This document shows, in pieces, positions 13,336 to 26,424 of a DNA stretch of 64,000 bases (the stretch's first letter is position 1; the number at the start of each line of letters is the position of its first letter). A model generated the notes under the pieces. That model saw nothing but the letters and a program-made list of their open reading frames with translations. It was not told the origin of the DNA and searched no databases. The stretch is from positions 6,510,001 through 6,574,000 of the forward strand of contig JBHGNT010000015.1 of the NCBI GenBank assembly GCA_043228905.1. The letters are read 5' to 3'. The stretch comes from Azolla caroliniana (Eukaryota > Plantae > Polypodiophyta). Made by a program: the position numbers and the translations under genes.

Positions 13336-15395
13336 GCCATATGATGCTCTCATGCATATGATGCATGTGAGGGTACAAGACATGCATAAAATGCATGTTT
13401 GCCATTTGGCGCTCATGTATTACTTGTGGTGCATGATAACCATGTCACTCATTTTAGCTCTCATGTATGAGAATTTCCATGTAAAAATACAATGATAGAA
13501 ATATAAATTTAACTAAATGTCATGGCTTAGTGGTAAGCCTATTGACTCTTAACTAGTAGGTGCAAGGTTCAAATCCTCACTTGCCCTCCTTGTGTATATA
13601 TATGTGATATATATTTATTTATTAATTTGGTCGTCGGATGTCGGATGACGTCGGCCCTTCGGATGCCGATACCGCCGGATCACCGGCTTTGTCGAATGCC
13701 GATTCCGCCGGATCCGTCGTTGCCTCGTCGGCTCCGTCGAATGTTGATACCGCTAGATCACCGATCGCCGGTTACCATCCAGTTCCATTTTGGTTGGCCA
13801 AAACCTTTACGAGTGGCTAGGCCACCTCCACTCTTAGTTCAAGTTACCTTGAACTCTCTATGCTCAACACATAGACACAAAGATAATAGCTTTTGCTCTA
13901 CCTTATATATAATGAGAGTCGAATTTGTCATGCCTATGTGGGATATCTCACAGTTTTCTCTTTTCCTTTCACAAACTTTATACCCTCATATCTTGACATC
14001 TAGTTGTCCGTTTCTCATGTAATAAAGTGCATTCGAAAGCTCTTGAAGACCTCCATCATTTTGTACTTAGATACTTCACTATTATTGTTTTATGTGATTC
14101 ATACTCGATTTTGTACGTTTTATGTGATTTTCACACCATTGCCGAAAATCTTCACGACATCCAACCCCACCAAACCGCACGTCCTCCGATACGTGCCAAG
14201 AAGAGAGAAAGTGAGATTTCGACTACGGTGATGAATTAGATTCCTCCATGTCTTCATTTACATCCATCCTATTATATTCATCGTCGAGGTGATCAAGGTC
14301 AGGATTCTCATCTTGTCTTTTCTTGAAAATCTTTACTCTTTTTCCCGCAATGGGTACGGCCAACCTTGATCCGTCTAATTCCGCAAGGTGGTATGTGGCA
14401 TTATCGTTGGCACTTGTCACCACATACGGCCCAAACCATCTTCTTGCGAACTTTCTTGTTGTACTGTGTTGATTGTCAAGGCTGTTGTCGTAAACCAAAA
14501 CCCAATCTCCTTCTTCAATCTTCTTGGGACGAAGTCGATGCGTGTTGTCGAACCAAACTTTGTTCTTTACTCGGGCTACCTCCATCATCTTTCATGCTTT
14601 TTCTAGATCTTCAAGTCTTCTTTCAAGTTGCCTTATCCACGCCGCTAATAACTCTTCTCGGCTCATCTCGTTCTCCCACGGTATCGCTACCCATGAGGCG
14701 ATCGTCCTCTCGATGGGCATAACCGGCTTTTGTCCATACATAAGCTCCATCGGCATATACCCTGTCACCGAGTTGTGTGTCGTTCTATCGGCCCACAAGG
14801 CATAGGGTAATAGTCGTGGCCAATTCCCGACTCGACCGTTACATGCCCGTACGATGGCTTTAACGATAGGTCCATGCCCTCGCTCGATCTTCCCATTCGC
14901 TTCCGGATTGTAGGCAGTCGTGAGGGAGAGCTTCACGCCTAGTCGTTCGAAGAGCTCCGTCGCTTCGTGCACATCCAACTCCCCTCGTTCAGCCACTATC
15001 TTCCCCACACATCCGTATCAGTAAACAACCTCTTCAAGCAGAAATTTGCAAACGGATGAAGTCGTCTTATTTGTCAAGGCTCGTCCTTCCACTTGATTTG
15101 TCAAGTCTTCCCTTGCCAGCGCTAAGTACTTCATTTGTCCCACTCCCATTGGTATCGAGACCAGATCCACCATCCATTTGAAGTGTATGGTAAGTGGGTA
15201 TGTCGGCTGTAACTCATCACGATGACGTATATTTGAATATATTTGGCAAGTTTCGCATGTGGACACAAAATGGAGTACATCTTTGTACATGCTTGGCCAC
15301 CAGTACTTCTCCTTCAACTTTTCGAACGTCGCCCATGTTCCTCTATGACCTGCTCAAGCACTCTCATGGAATTCGGTCATCAGCGTCTCTTGCTC

Positions 15396-17261
15396 TTATT
15401 TCTTCACCACCACTCGACGTGGTATTCCTGTCCTTCTTTTTGGATGTCGCCAAAGGAATCCTCCCTTCAAGAAGTATCGGTAAGCTTTCTGCTGGATTCG
15501 TAGGGCCTCCTCCTTTGTCAACGAAGCATCTGTCGTCAATGTTATTAGGAATCTACCGATCAGTAACCACTCTCCTTCGTACTCATTCTCATTGAAGGCG
15601 TGGAGGGTTTGCGTGTCCTGGTCTTCCGCTGATAATCGAGCCATCTTGAAGAAGTCAAGGGCGACATCTTCATCTTCCGAAACCATGTCGCTTCCATTTT
15701 CAAATCTTGCCCTCGACAACATGTCAGCCATGGCGTTCTTCTTCCCTGCAATGTGACGGATCTCTGGGTTTAAAGACTTGATGTAGGCGATCCACCTTAG
15801 CATAGCAAGATCTGGGGTCGCACATCCCGAGACCATTCCAAGAATTGGGAGACAATCTGTCTCTATTATCACTTCCAACCCGATCAGGTAATCTTTGTCC
15901 ATCTTCACTCCCGACACAATACCCCAAAGTTCCCGCTTGACTTGGGCATATCTTTGTTGCCGTTCGCTGAGAATCTTTGCTCCAAACCGGACGGCATATC
16001 GCGCATTATCTTCTCCTTCTTGATTGATGACCCACCCGATTCCGCTTGGGCTCGTATCTACGATCACGTAAATCGGCTTCCCTTCAGCATAGTCGACCTT
16101 CCTTAGTGCCGGAGCTTCAAGAAGCAGTTTCTTCAATCTTCGCATCGCATTTGTGTGATCGTCTCGCCATTCAAACTTCATTCTTTTCTTTACTAGTCCA
16201 TATAACGGTTCGGTGACATGAGCGTTTTGCAGAATCCAGATATGATAAAATGCGCATGCTCCAAGGAACCTTCTAACCTCCGTTTGATTTTCGCATTCTT
16301 CTTTCATGTCTTGGATTGCGTTCACTTTGGATGGTGAGGGCTTCAGGCCGTATGCTCCACACAAGTGACCTACCACCAAGATCTCTGGTTGCCCAAATGT
16401 GGATTTTTCTCCCGAAAATGTCAAATTCGCATCTTCAAGCCTTTGAAGCACCTTCTCGCAATCTTTCATACGATCTGCAACGAACTTTCTACAACCTTCC
16501 TTATCTTTTGATTCATCTTTCTCCTCATCCGAACATCCTTTTATCGGAATATCATCCAAGAATGGGATCGTGATGTCCAGGATGCAATCCTTCAAGACTT
16601 TATTCATGGCATTCACCACATGAGCCACTGAGTTCGTTGCGCCTTGGGGTAAGGTACACATCCGCACAAGCCTAATCGGAGTCCTCATGGTTGTAATGTC
16701 CCGACTGTCGATTGCCAATTGGAATTGGTCATATCCGGAGTAGAGATCGCCAATGGAGAAGATGGACCGGCCCGCAAACGCTTCGGCAAATTTGTCCACG
16801 CTCGGACCGATTCCGACATTTCGAATTGTCACCTTGTTGACGGGTTGAAGATCTTGGATGAATCGCAATGATCCATTCTTCTTCAGCACCATGAACCACC
16901 TATTGGAATAAGGAGCATTCGACGATTCTAGAATTCCCATACTCACCTTCTCCTTTAAGAGCTCAATCAGCTTCGGAAGGTGTGCTCTCGGAACCGGTAT
17001 CGGTTTCAAATTCCAAGGCACATGAGACACCGTGAAGATCACCATCGGCTCTATAACCTTTGGGTCGGCGCATCCGATTTCTCGTGGGAAGAATGCGAAT
17101 GCCTTCCCATGTCTCTCAAGCATATCGTGAAACATTCGCTCCTCTTCAGGGAGAAGGAAATCCTCCTTTCCAACTCGTAGCTTCCCCTTCGTCTCTTTGG
17201 TGAAGACATGACCTATCATCTTCGGATCTCTTAAGCTTGGATCGTTAGCGACTTCCTTCAT
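15396..17261 (-). pseudogene. RT-RNase H of gypsy family D
   Basis: 621-aa ORF with DLYSGYDQ, LPQGATNS, FLDDIPIKG and RNase H motifs; closely similar to the element at 1-3128. Confidence 0.93.
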
Positions 17262-17705
17262 CTTTTGCTAGCTATCTTCCGGTAGTGGAACCGCAACTGG
17301 CTTGATCTTCTTATCCACCGTTTTATATTTCATGTTGATGTTAGCTCCCTTCATTGAGATGCCACGACGGTATTCATCGATGATAGCGTACATGTTGACG
17401 GAGTTAACCAAAATCACGCGTTGGTCGTGAAGATAGCTCAAGTCCACGACGTCCTCGATTTCGCCAATGGTGTCGTTAAATGAGGCTTCTTCCATAATAT
17501 GAGTCACGAACTCTCCTTCTTCTATTATGTTTTCTTCTTTCAGCATCTTCTCGAATTCTTGTATCCGACGCTTGTCCTTCTTGTCGGGTAGTACTAGTTT
17601 ACATGCGCCACTAGGTGTGACACATGTTGCTTCTCCTCACAATCCACGCACTCTTCTTACTTGTGGGTTCTTGTGATTGCTCGGACTATTTGTGCCCCAT
17701 GCTTC

Positions 17706-18348
17706 TGTTGAGAACTCGACGTTCCTTATGTCCGACGCTCGGCCGCAATCGAGATTCTTTTCATACACAGAAAAACAGGTAATGAAACGCGACACAAAAG
17801 AGGAGAAATGATACACAGGAGGTATACGTGGAAAACCCCAAAATAGGGGAAAAACCACGGCAGCCCGCAAGCTGCAAACTGTCACTATGTAGAAATATAC
17901 AACAGTGAGATCACTGAGGCAACGACCTCGTGCTCTCAGATCTTCGCCACAGGCGGCGGTTACAACAGAGGCAACGACCTCGTCTCTCTCTCTCTCTCTC
18001 TGTACAGTTACGCGCTCTGATTTCTTCTTCTACACCACAACAAAGAATAACAACAAGAACGACAACCCTAACTAAAAGTTTGCCCTAAGTCATATTTATA
18101 CTAATATGACTTTTCGGCTATTTACAAATGTAGCCTCGATGGGCTCCATCCGGCTCTCCGCAGTCGGGTACTCCCCATCCGGATCTCCGCAGTCGGGTAC
18201 TCCTCATCCGGTTCATACCGGGCCTACACCATCCGACTCTCCGCAGTCGGGTACTCCTCATCCGGTTCATACCGTTTCGGCCTCGGCCGAGTTTGTTCGT
18301 CGGCACTGTTCTTCTCACTTCCCATCCGGAGGGACCTATCTACCAACA
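17706..18348 (-). repeat. Solo LTR (family E, copia-like) inserted in gypsy D
   Basis: TG...CA termini; perfect 5-bp TSD GCTTC at 17701-17705 and 18349-18353; homologous to 46754-47475. Confidence 0.92.
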
Positions 18349-21300
18349 GCTTCAATAGTCCGCTCTAAAAATCCGAGGATTCACCTCCAAGACTATCTCG
18401 ATTCCTTTCATGATTGGCTCGCACTATTAGGAATTGGACCGATCTTTGGTTGTCAAGACTCTTTATTCGTGCGAAGGTTGCTCCATTATCGAACACTTTG
18501 GTCTCCATCCGAGATGATGTGATATAAGGTTGCCCTAGGATGACAGGATGCGACGCCAATTCTTGTACGAAGAAGTGTTGATCCAACTCCACATCCCCGA
18601 TCGTGACTTTGACATTGGGACAAGCTTCGTACAAGTCCTCCTAGACTTTGTTGCCGCGCGAATCTTCCATCCGTGGTTTGTATTGATTGGCCATCTTCCC
18701 TTTTTGTAGAAGTCGGTTGACATGAGGTTGATCTCCGAGCCATGGTCGATCAAGGCTACGACGGTCTCTTTCTTCTCCCCGATCTTTACCGGCGTCTCCG
18801 TTGTCGCTCGTGCCCAATGAGGTCGAGTGTAGTGGCTGTCCACCATATCTTCATCGATTTCGTCTCTTGCCATCGTTATGGCATTCGTTTTTGCTTTCTG
18901 CGGCTTCTCTTCTTCCTCGTCCGATTGTTGTCTCTTTCTCTTTACAAGGTCCACGATCGTGTCATGGAACTTCTTCTTCGTAATGCCAAGCAATTCCCTC
19001 AAGGACAAAGTTACGTGGCTATCAAGAACTCGTTCTTCGAGAATCTTCTTTAGGTCCGTCGTCTGCTCTATGTCCGACCTTAGCTTATAGGTAGGTATGG
19101 TCCTTGTCCTCCGAGCGGGGTCTTCGACACTAACCTTCACGGGCCGAACCGTTTCTTCAACTCGTATGCTCAGCTCCCCTTTTTGGCTTGATTCTCGTTC
19201 CTCCGTTTGTAAAGGTCGACTCGTCTCCGCATCGTCCTTCTTTTTCGCGTTCCTTGTTTCATGTCTTTTTGATGGTCCTTGCTCTTCTATTCTTTTTCTC
19301 TTTTCTTCGACGAACACCTCGTGGTTGTCACACATCACCTCCGCGAGTATGGTGTTGTCGTCCACCGGATCCGACCACCTAGTTATGCTTTGCACGCTTC
19401 AGTCCGCAAGCTCTACCTCATTCAATGTGACCTTCCCCATCTTCTCATACTCGAGAATGGAAGACCAAAACTTGGCTCCCACTTTCGCAACTTCATTTAT
19501 GTCTTTCCCGACTCTTATTCCGGCTGACGCAACATAGTGCATCGCATCCACATGAGTCGCATCGGCATCCTCCATAGCTTTCTTCATTCCTCCTCTTCCG
19601 AAATTCACCCGTAGGGGTCTTCTAGTCTCGCTCGAGCAGATCATGTTGTCATCTATGTACATGATATTTTGTCGGATCGCCTCTCGAAGGCTCGCGCAAC
19701 CCCTTCTCATGTGATCCATGCTATCACACCACACGCATCTAAAGGGTTGTTTTCCTTTGGGCCCCCGACGATTCATGTTGGCTAGCGTGACCTTCTCGAA
19801 CTTCTTCACCAGTTCTTCGATGACGTCATCACCGATCTTCTTTTCTTCCACGTCACTTTGTTTTGGCGGCTCAGCTACTTTCGGCGGTCTTATTTTCTCC
19901 GCAACAGTCGATCCCACCAAGTCGGTGTCATCAACCCACTGACGACGCTTGTCAAGCCTATTGCATGCTCGCTTTACCACAACCGAATCCGCCACAAGCC
20001 CGTTCACTTGGGTATCATCTTCAAGAAGAGTCCCCAACTCCCGTCTATCCTTCATGTCCACGACCTTCAAGAAGTACAAAGTCTTGTCCTCTTCAAGCAA
20101 CACTTGGTCCGTGTTGGGGAGACGACTAAACATCTGGTCGAATTCGTTGTACACCCTCGAGGCGCTCATCTTCTTATTCTTCTTCTCTATCCACTTCATC
20201 AGGGCATGTCGAGTCATCCTTGTTGAGTCTTCAGTCGCGAACTCCGCTAGTATCGTTTTCTCGAACTTGGACCATGTTGTCTTACCTTCTTGAAGCTCGA
20301 TGATGCATCTTTGGATGTTGTTGGCGACAACTCTCTTGAGGCTTGCGATTTGACGTGCTTCGGACACGTCCCTCTAATTCATCTCCCTTTCATATGTGTC
20401 AAGGAACTTCGTAACGTTCCTTCCATCAAATTGGCCTTTGAGCTCTACGATATGATTGACAGCCTTCTCCACGATCGCGTCGTTGTCCCGAGATCTCATC
20501 ATTTGCTCGACGATTAGCATCATCCCTTCGAGCTCTCCCGCTTGATTACTTGAGGATGCCATCTCCAAGTATTAATCTCGGCTTGATCCTTCCTACCGCC
20601 CCTTTCACGTAGAGTTCACCACTTTATTATGGCATGAAGATCCGTCACTAGGCGCGGATCGCAAGGCGGAATCGTCGGGGTTCTGGACCACAAGGATCGA
20701 AGTTCGCACCAAGCTTAGCAAGAAAGTATTTAGGATAGATTGAGAGAGAGAAAGAGATTAAGATTATAACTCTTGATTTTAGATTTTAAGAAACAAGTTA
20801 CACCATCAATTCGATAACGAATTCTCTTCTTCTTAATTTCATAACCAAAAAAAGCCCAACCCTTCTTCTTTCTCATCCCTTCTTTTATAGATGCTCTCAT
20901 GCATATGAGGGTACAAGACATGCATAAAATGCATGTTTGCCATTTGGTGCTCATGTATTACATGTGGTGCATGATAACCATTTCACTCATTTTAGCTCTC
21001 ATGTATGAGAATTTCCATGTAAAAATACAATGATAGAAATATAAATTTAACTAAATGTCATGGCTTAGTGATAAGCTTATTGACTCGTAATTAGGAGGTG
21101 CAAGGTTCAAATCCTCACTTGCCCTCCTTGTGTATATATATGTGATATATATTTATTTATTAATTTGGTCGCTGGATGTCGGATGACGGCGGATGCCGCC
21201 GCCGTCGCCGCCGGATCCTCGCCGGCTCCGTCGAATGCTGATACCGCCATATCACCGATCGCCGGTTACCGTCTAGTTCCATTTTGGTTGGCCAAAACCT

Positions 21301-21627
21301 TTACGAGTGGCTAGGCCACCTCCACTGAACTCTCTATGCTCAACACAAAGATAATAGCTTTTGCTCTACCTTATATATGATGAGAGCCGAATTTGTCATG
21401 CCTATGTGGGATATCTCACAGTTTTCTCTTTTCCTTTCACAAACTTTATACCCTCATATCTTGACATCTAGTTGTCTGTTTCTCATGTAATAAAGCGCAT
21501 TCGAAAGCTCTTGAAGACCTCCATCATTTTGTACTTAGATACTTCACTATAATTGTTTTATGTGATTCATACTCGATTTTGTACATTTTATGTGATTTTC
21601 ACACCATTGCCGAAAATCTTCACGACA

Positions 21628-21945
21628 ACGGGAATGGGTTTTGAGAGGCCAACGACAGGTACGCCATGTGCTTGGGCAAACGCGACATCGATGAAACAAG
21701 AAGATGCCCCAGAATCAAGTAAAGCAACAGACTGAATGGAACTAGAGTTAAATGAAAGCCATACCTCCAATGTGAAATTGCTTGATGGTCCAACAATGGA
21801 ACCAAGAGAATGTGGGCGACAGGAGATGTCCAGTTGCATGGTTCCTACTACAACCGAACGATGTCGTTTTCCAAATGTTGGAGTCCGTTAGCTCAATGGA
21901 ATTGTGGGCGATTACTCCTAGAACAATGACGAACGACATGACCGG
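21628..21945 (-). pseudogene. Chromovirus protease and gag-end fragment
   Basis: VALLDSGASSCFIDVAFAQAHGVPVVGLSKPIPV, resuming right after the family D LTR. Confidence 0.8.
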
Positions 21946-23040
21946 AGGCGCCACAATACATGCACAAGCCACCGAGGCTAATGGGTCTGAAACAAGCTCC
22001 ACGCCGAAATTATCGTTCATGAAACAAGCTTGTACGGTCTGAAACAAGCTCCACACCAATGGTACAAGAAGTTCGAGTCCTTCATGATGGAACACCGGTT
22101 CCAGAAAACATAGGCTGATCACTATGTGTTCGTCAAAAGGTACGAAGAAGGAGACTTCTTGATTCTCTTGTTATATGTCGATGACATGTTGATAGTCGGT
22201 CAAGTTACAAGGAAGATTGGAAGCTTGAAGAAAGCTCTCGGCAAATCATTTGCCATGAAAGACCTTAGCCGGTCGGCTCAGGGTTGCCGACAAATTGCAG
22301 ATTGAATGCGACGTAGTGCCCGAAAGGGGAGAAGGAAAAGGCCAAGATGAGGAAGGTACCATATGCCTCGGTCGTTGGCAGTCTAATGTATGCTATGGTC
22401 TATACGAGACCAGACATAGCATTTGTTGTAAGAGCAGTAAGTTGAGACATGAGTAATCCAGGGAGAGAACACTCGGCAGTAGTGAAGTGGATACTCAAGT
22501 ACTTAAAGGGCACCTCAGGGGTATGCCTAAGGTATGGTGTTGAAAAACCTGTGTTAGAAGGTTTTACCGACTCGGACATGTCGGGAGATGTCGACTCGAG
22601 CCGATCCATGTCAGGGTACGTGATGACCTATGTAGGGGGAGCAATGTCGTGGCAGTCACGACTGCAGAAGTCTGTAGCTTTGTCGACTACAGAGGCAAAG
22701 TATATGGCAGCGGTAGAGGCCGGCAAAGAGATGATCTGGATGAGAAGTTTTCTCACCAAATTAGGGATGAAGCAAAAGGAGCTCTTGCTTCACTTTGATA
22801 GCTAGAGTGTCATACATCTTGCCAAGAATGTTGCATACCACTCCCGGACCAAGTATATACAGAGAAGGTATCACTACTTGCGGGAGAGAGTCGAAGAAGG
22901 AGAGTTTTCCTTGGTGAAGATCCATACTGACGACAATGGATCCGACATGTTGACAAAGAACCTACCTATGGATAGACTCAGAGTCTGTCGATAGAAGACA
23001 GGACTGACTGACTTCCTCCCACAGGAGTGAAGGGGGAGTT

Positions 23041-23647
23041 TGTTGGGAATATGTCCCTCCAATGGGAGGAGGAACCGACTATCCAGAAGTTGCTGGCAGT
23101 CGATGACTACGAGGAGCCAACTGATCGGACCAAGGAGTGCCGACAGTCGAAGACAGGGAAGATCTTACTGTTCCGAAAGCCGACAGTCGAAGAGTCGAAA
23201 ACAGTGAGTCGACTATTTGATAGTTCGACTATTATTATTATAGCAATAATAATAATGATACGTAGCAGAGGTTACATTTGTAAATAGCCCATACAGTGTA
23301 TAAGTATAAATATACTTAGAGCAAAATGTGAGAAAAAAGAGATTGCAGAACAGAAGTAGCGCGAGAGCGTGAGAGACAGAGAGTGAGTGAGAGCGGCGTC
23401 ATAGCTGTGTGCGTAACAGCAGACGCCAAGAGCCCTGCGTGGCTGATACACTCGAAGGAGTGTTGTAACATTCTGTGTTGTATATCCACTATACATAGTG
23501 AAGCTCTGTTCCCGTGGTTTTCTCCCATTTTAGGGTTTCCACGTTAAATCTCTGTGCACGATTGTTGTCCTATTTTTCCCGACATATCTATGATTCGTAT
23601 TTTAGCACAGTTCATTTATTGTGATTTGACCGAACAATTTCTCAACA
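23041..23647 (+). repeat. 3' LTR of copia family A
   Basis: TGTTGGGAAT...TCTCAACA following the PPT; homologous to 4841-5340 plus the reverse complement of 7308-7417. Confidence 0.92.
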
Positions 23648-26302
23648 TTATTCCATTCTATTACCAGGTACGACCACTATGCATTAAAGATGTTCCGGAA
23701 CTGTGTTGCATTGGAGGACCCTAAGCAAGTGAACTTCATCAAAATGAGGATCCAAAGTATTTGGGATTGTCCCAATCAAGATCAAGAAGTTAGGGCAAAG
23801 CATATCAACAAAACAATCGGAGATGTTCCAGATGACATCTCGAGAACCAATGGAGCTTATAGATGAAGATGCAGGGGACCTCGTGGATCTAGAAGATGTA
23901 TTAGAGTTCGAACATGCAAACGATTCAGTTGAGCGTACCAAGGATGCCAATGACGAAAATGTTGAACAAACAGCGGATCCTGAGCCTCACCTACCAGATT
24001 TACTTTTAGATTAAAATGTATAATTTGGAAATATCACTGCTACATCATTTGAATAGTATTCATTGTAAAACTTTGACGTAATACATCATTTGGGTTTTTC
24101 TGTAATTTTTGTTGTATGACTTGTTAAAATTAGACTTTAAGTTATAATTTACATGTTAGATGTTGTTGTGAGCCTTGTTGATAGTATGATTGAAAAGTTA
24201 TTGTTGACAGGTTTATTTCCGCATTGACGGTGTCATGAATCATTTGTCATTGGAAAGTTCTTGTCTACATAGTAGTAACTCTTAATTGTAATCTCCACAA
24301 TTTCCTTTAAGATGTATTGTATGTAAATACGTATGAAATTAGTTGAAGACAATCGTTCTTTGGGGTATGATATTCATATTATGCACAAAATACTCCATGA
24401 TTTTATACTCTTTCATTTTAACATAATATTGGAATGTTATTGTATACTGGTTTCATTCAACATTGACGATGTCACATGCATGTGTCATTGGAATATTTCT
24501 CTTCGACATAATAGTAGCTCTTACTTGCAATATTCACATTTTCCTTTAAGATGTATTATATGTAAATATAAGTAAAAGATAAGTACATGACAATTATTAG
24601 ACGGGGTATGATTTCTATATTGTGCACAATGACATGCAATTTAGTTATACTTGCATGGACTTTATACCTTATCTAAGATTTGAATAAAATACATGACCCA
24701 TAAAATGTAGGACTATTGATTTTTTTGTCGTGATATTATTTAGTTCTAAATTTTGGGTCGTTTTTAAAAACCATGTATGCATGTGTTGTACCTATTAGAA
24801 AGTCTGCCACTGGGTCAATGATTGGAACAATTTCCAAAGAGGAAGCGGAAATCGGCATTTCTACATCTTTCAGCAAAGCATCCATACTACATTCAAGCAT
24901 TGCAAAGGGAGGGGGATGACTAGAATAATCTCCATAGATGGAGCGGAAACCGACATTCCTATTTCTTGCCTCAAAGTGTCCATACTACATTCAGGCAATG
25001 CAAATTGAGGGGTATATTGGAGCAAAGAAATTTTGGAAGATAAACCAATTAGGTAAAACCATATCCTTTTTACAAAGTAACTTGATAGATAGCCTTTTTC
25101 GACAATGTCCCTAAATGTAGATGAGTTAACATCTAGAACTCTTCCAATTGTTGCCCCAATTTTGGGAACAACCTCCCTCCGTTCCTTACCTAGGCTGGAA
25201 AAACCACAATGCGTGTAAAGTAGCCTGTTACGTCTGCTTGTAGAATTGTTGTATCAAAGTCATGGGTTCATGGGAAAAAAGAACCCATGCACCTAAGACT
25301 TCTACCGAGTGAATGGCAAGGAGATCGAAGAGAAGAATGGTTTGAAAACTCCAATTGATAGCAACCTCGGCCCATCATATTTTATCAATAATCTTATTGA
25401 GTTTCTCATGTAACACTATCTAAAGAACATGACGGAGATCCCCTCTACTCGTTCCAACTGAACATTGATAGTATCGTTGATTGTAGGAGAAGCAGGAGCC
25501 AATTCATTGGATCGCCCCCTAGGCGTTGACGATGACAATGTAGACATAAAATCTCTTCTCGTCATCTATATGTAATTTTCCCTATTTCCTGTCTCCTCCT
25601 CCCCAATCACCACCACCACTGCCTTCTACTTCTACTTCTTTGCCTGAGCTGTGACAAATAAAATAGCAATTTTGAAAGAAAGCAAACCTGTTTGAATGAA
25701 TTTATTGACCAGGGGCACAGATCTACAGCTACTACAGAGTGGCGGAATGAATTTGTCTCCCAATGGTTGCTTTCTTTCTTATCCTACGTAGTTAGTGAAG
25801 CTTAGAGAAGGGAAGGAATTTCAGTATAAGATAGCGAGGATTTGATGCAAAGGAATGTTGTACAGAGAGTAGTCGTGACAAAAAGAACTTTATGGATGTT
25901 TAACCATTATACTTGTCATATTGTTGGAAATTCTTGGCCATTACCTTCTTTAGCACAAAGAAATGCCTGGATTGATATCCCTATCTTGAGTAAGTTCTCA
26001 AAGTAATCGTAAAGTGCTTCTAATCCTTGATAATGCTCCTGGTTTGGACATGAAGATGTAACCTCCTTCAGATAACTATGGTGAAATGGGCATGAAGGGT
26101 TTTGGCTTACCAATTTCATTATTTGTCCCTTTTGTAATATCATATTTGTATATTTAGTGTATTATCTTGGCTACCAACCATACATTGTAAGATAACATTT
26201 TGTACAACACACCATTTGTATATGGGTTATACATATGAATGAAAACAATCATTTTGTTTATGGCACATTTTGTACAAGTCACCATTTTGAATGTACACTT
26301 TC

Positions 26303-26424
26303 ACCATTAAATTCAATATACACTTTCAAAATGGTGGTTTCCTTTCAATATACACCATTTTGTATATTGGTTATACATATGAAAGGAAACCACCATTTTG
26401 AAAGTGTATATTGAATTTAATGGT
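26303..26424. repeat. Perfect 45-bp inverted repeat with a 32-nt spacer
   Basis: 26303-26347 is the exact reverse complement of 26380-26424. Confidence 0.9.

Larger units (their letters stand above)
13343..21627 (-). mobile_element. Ty3/gypsy family D, near full length, degenerate, inserted in the chromovirus
   Basis: 5' LTR ~20630-21627 and truncated 3' LTR ~13343-14159 are clearly homologous, both starting TGTCGTGAAGA on the minus strand. PPT 14160-14177, gag from 20568 with CVWCDSMDHMRRGC, protease VALIDHGSEINLM, RT-RNase H ORF 15396-17261, integrase 14223-15400. Confidence 0.92.
4841..23647 (+). mobile_element. Ty1/copia family A (Tnt1-like), disrupted by nested insertions, an inversion and deletions
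   Basis: 5' LTR 4841-5340, with its remainder inverted at 7308-7417. gag 6743-7284 (inverted), zinc knuckle CFYCRKLGHFQKDC ~10670, protease DFGASFH ~10855, integrase 11187-11858, RT/RNase H ~22020-23000, PPT GAAGGGGGAG, 3' LTR 23041-23647. No matching TSD, so the two ends may come from two copies. Confidence 0.75.

Noticed and set aside
13519-13590. Functional tRNA-Lys gene
   Set aside because: Acceptor and anticodon stems pair poorly and the other LTR copy has a different loop; kept only as a tRNA-like module.
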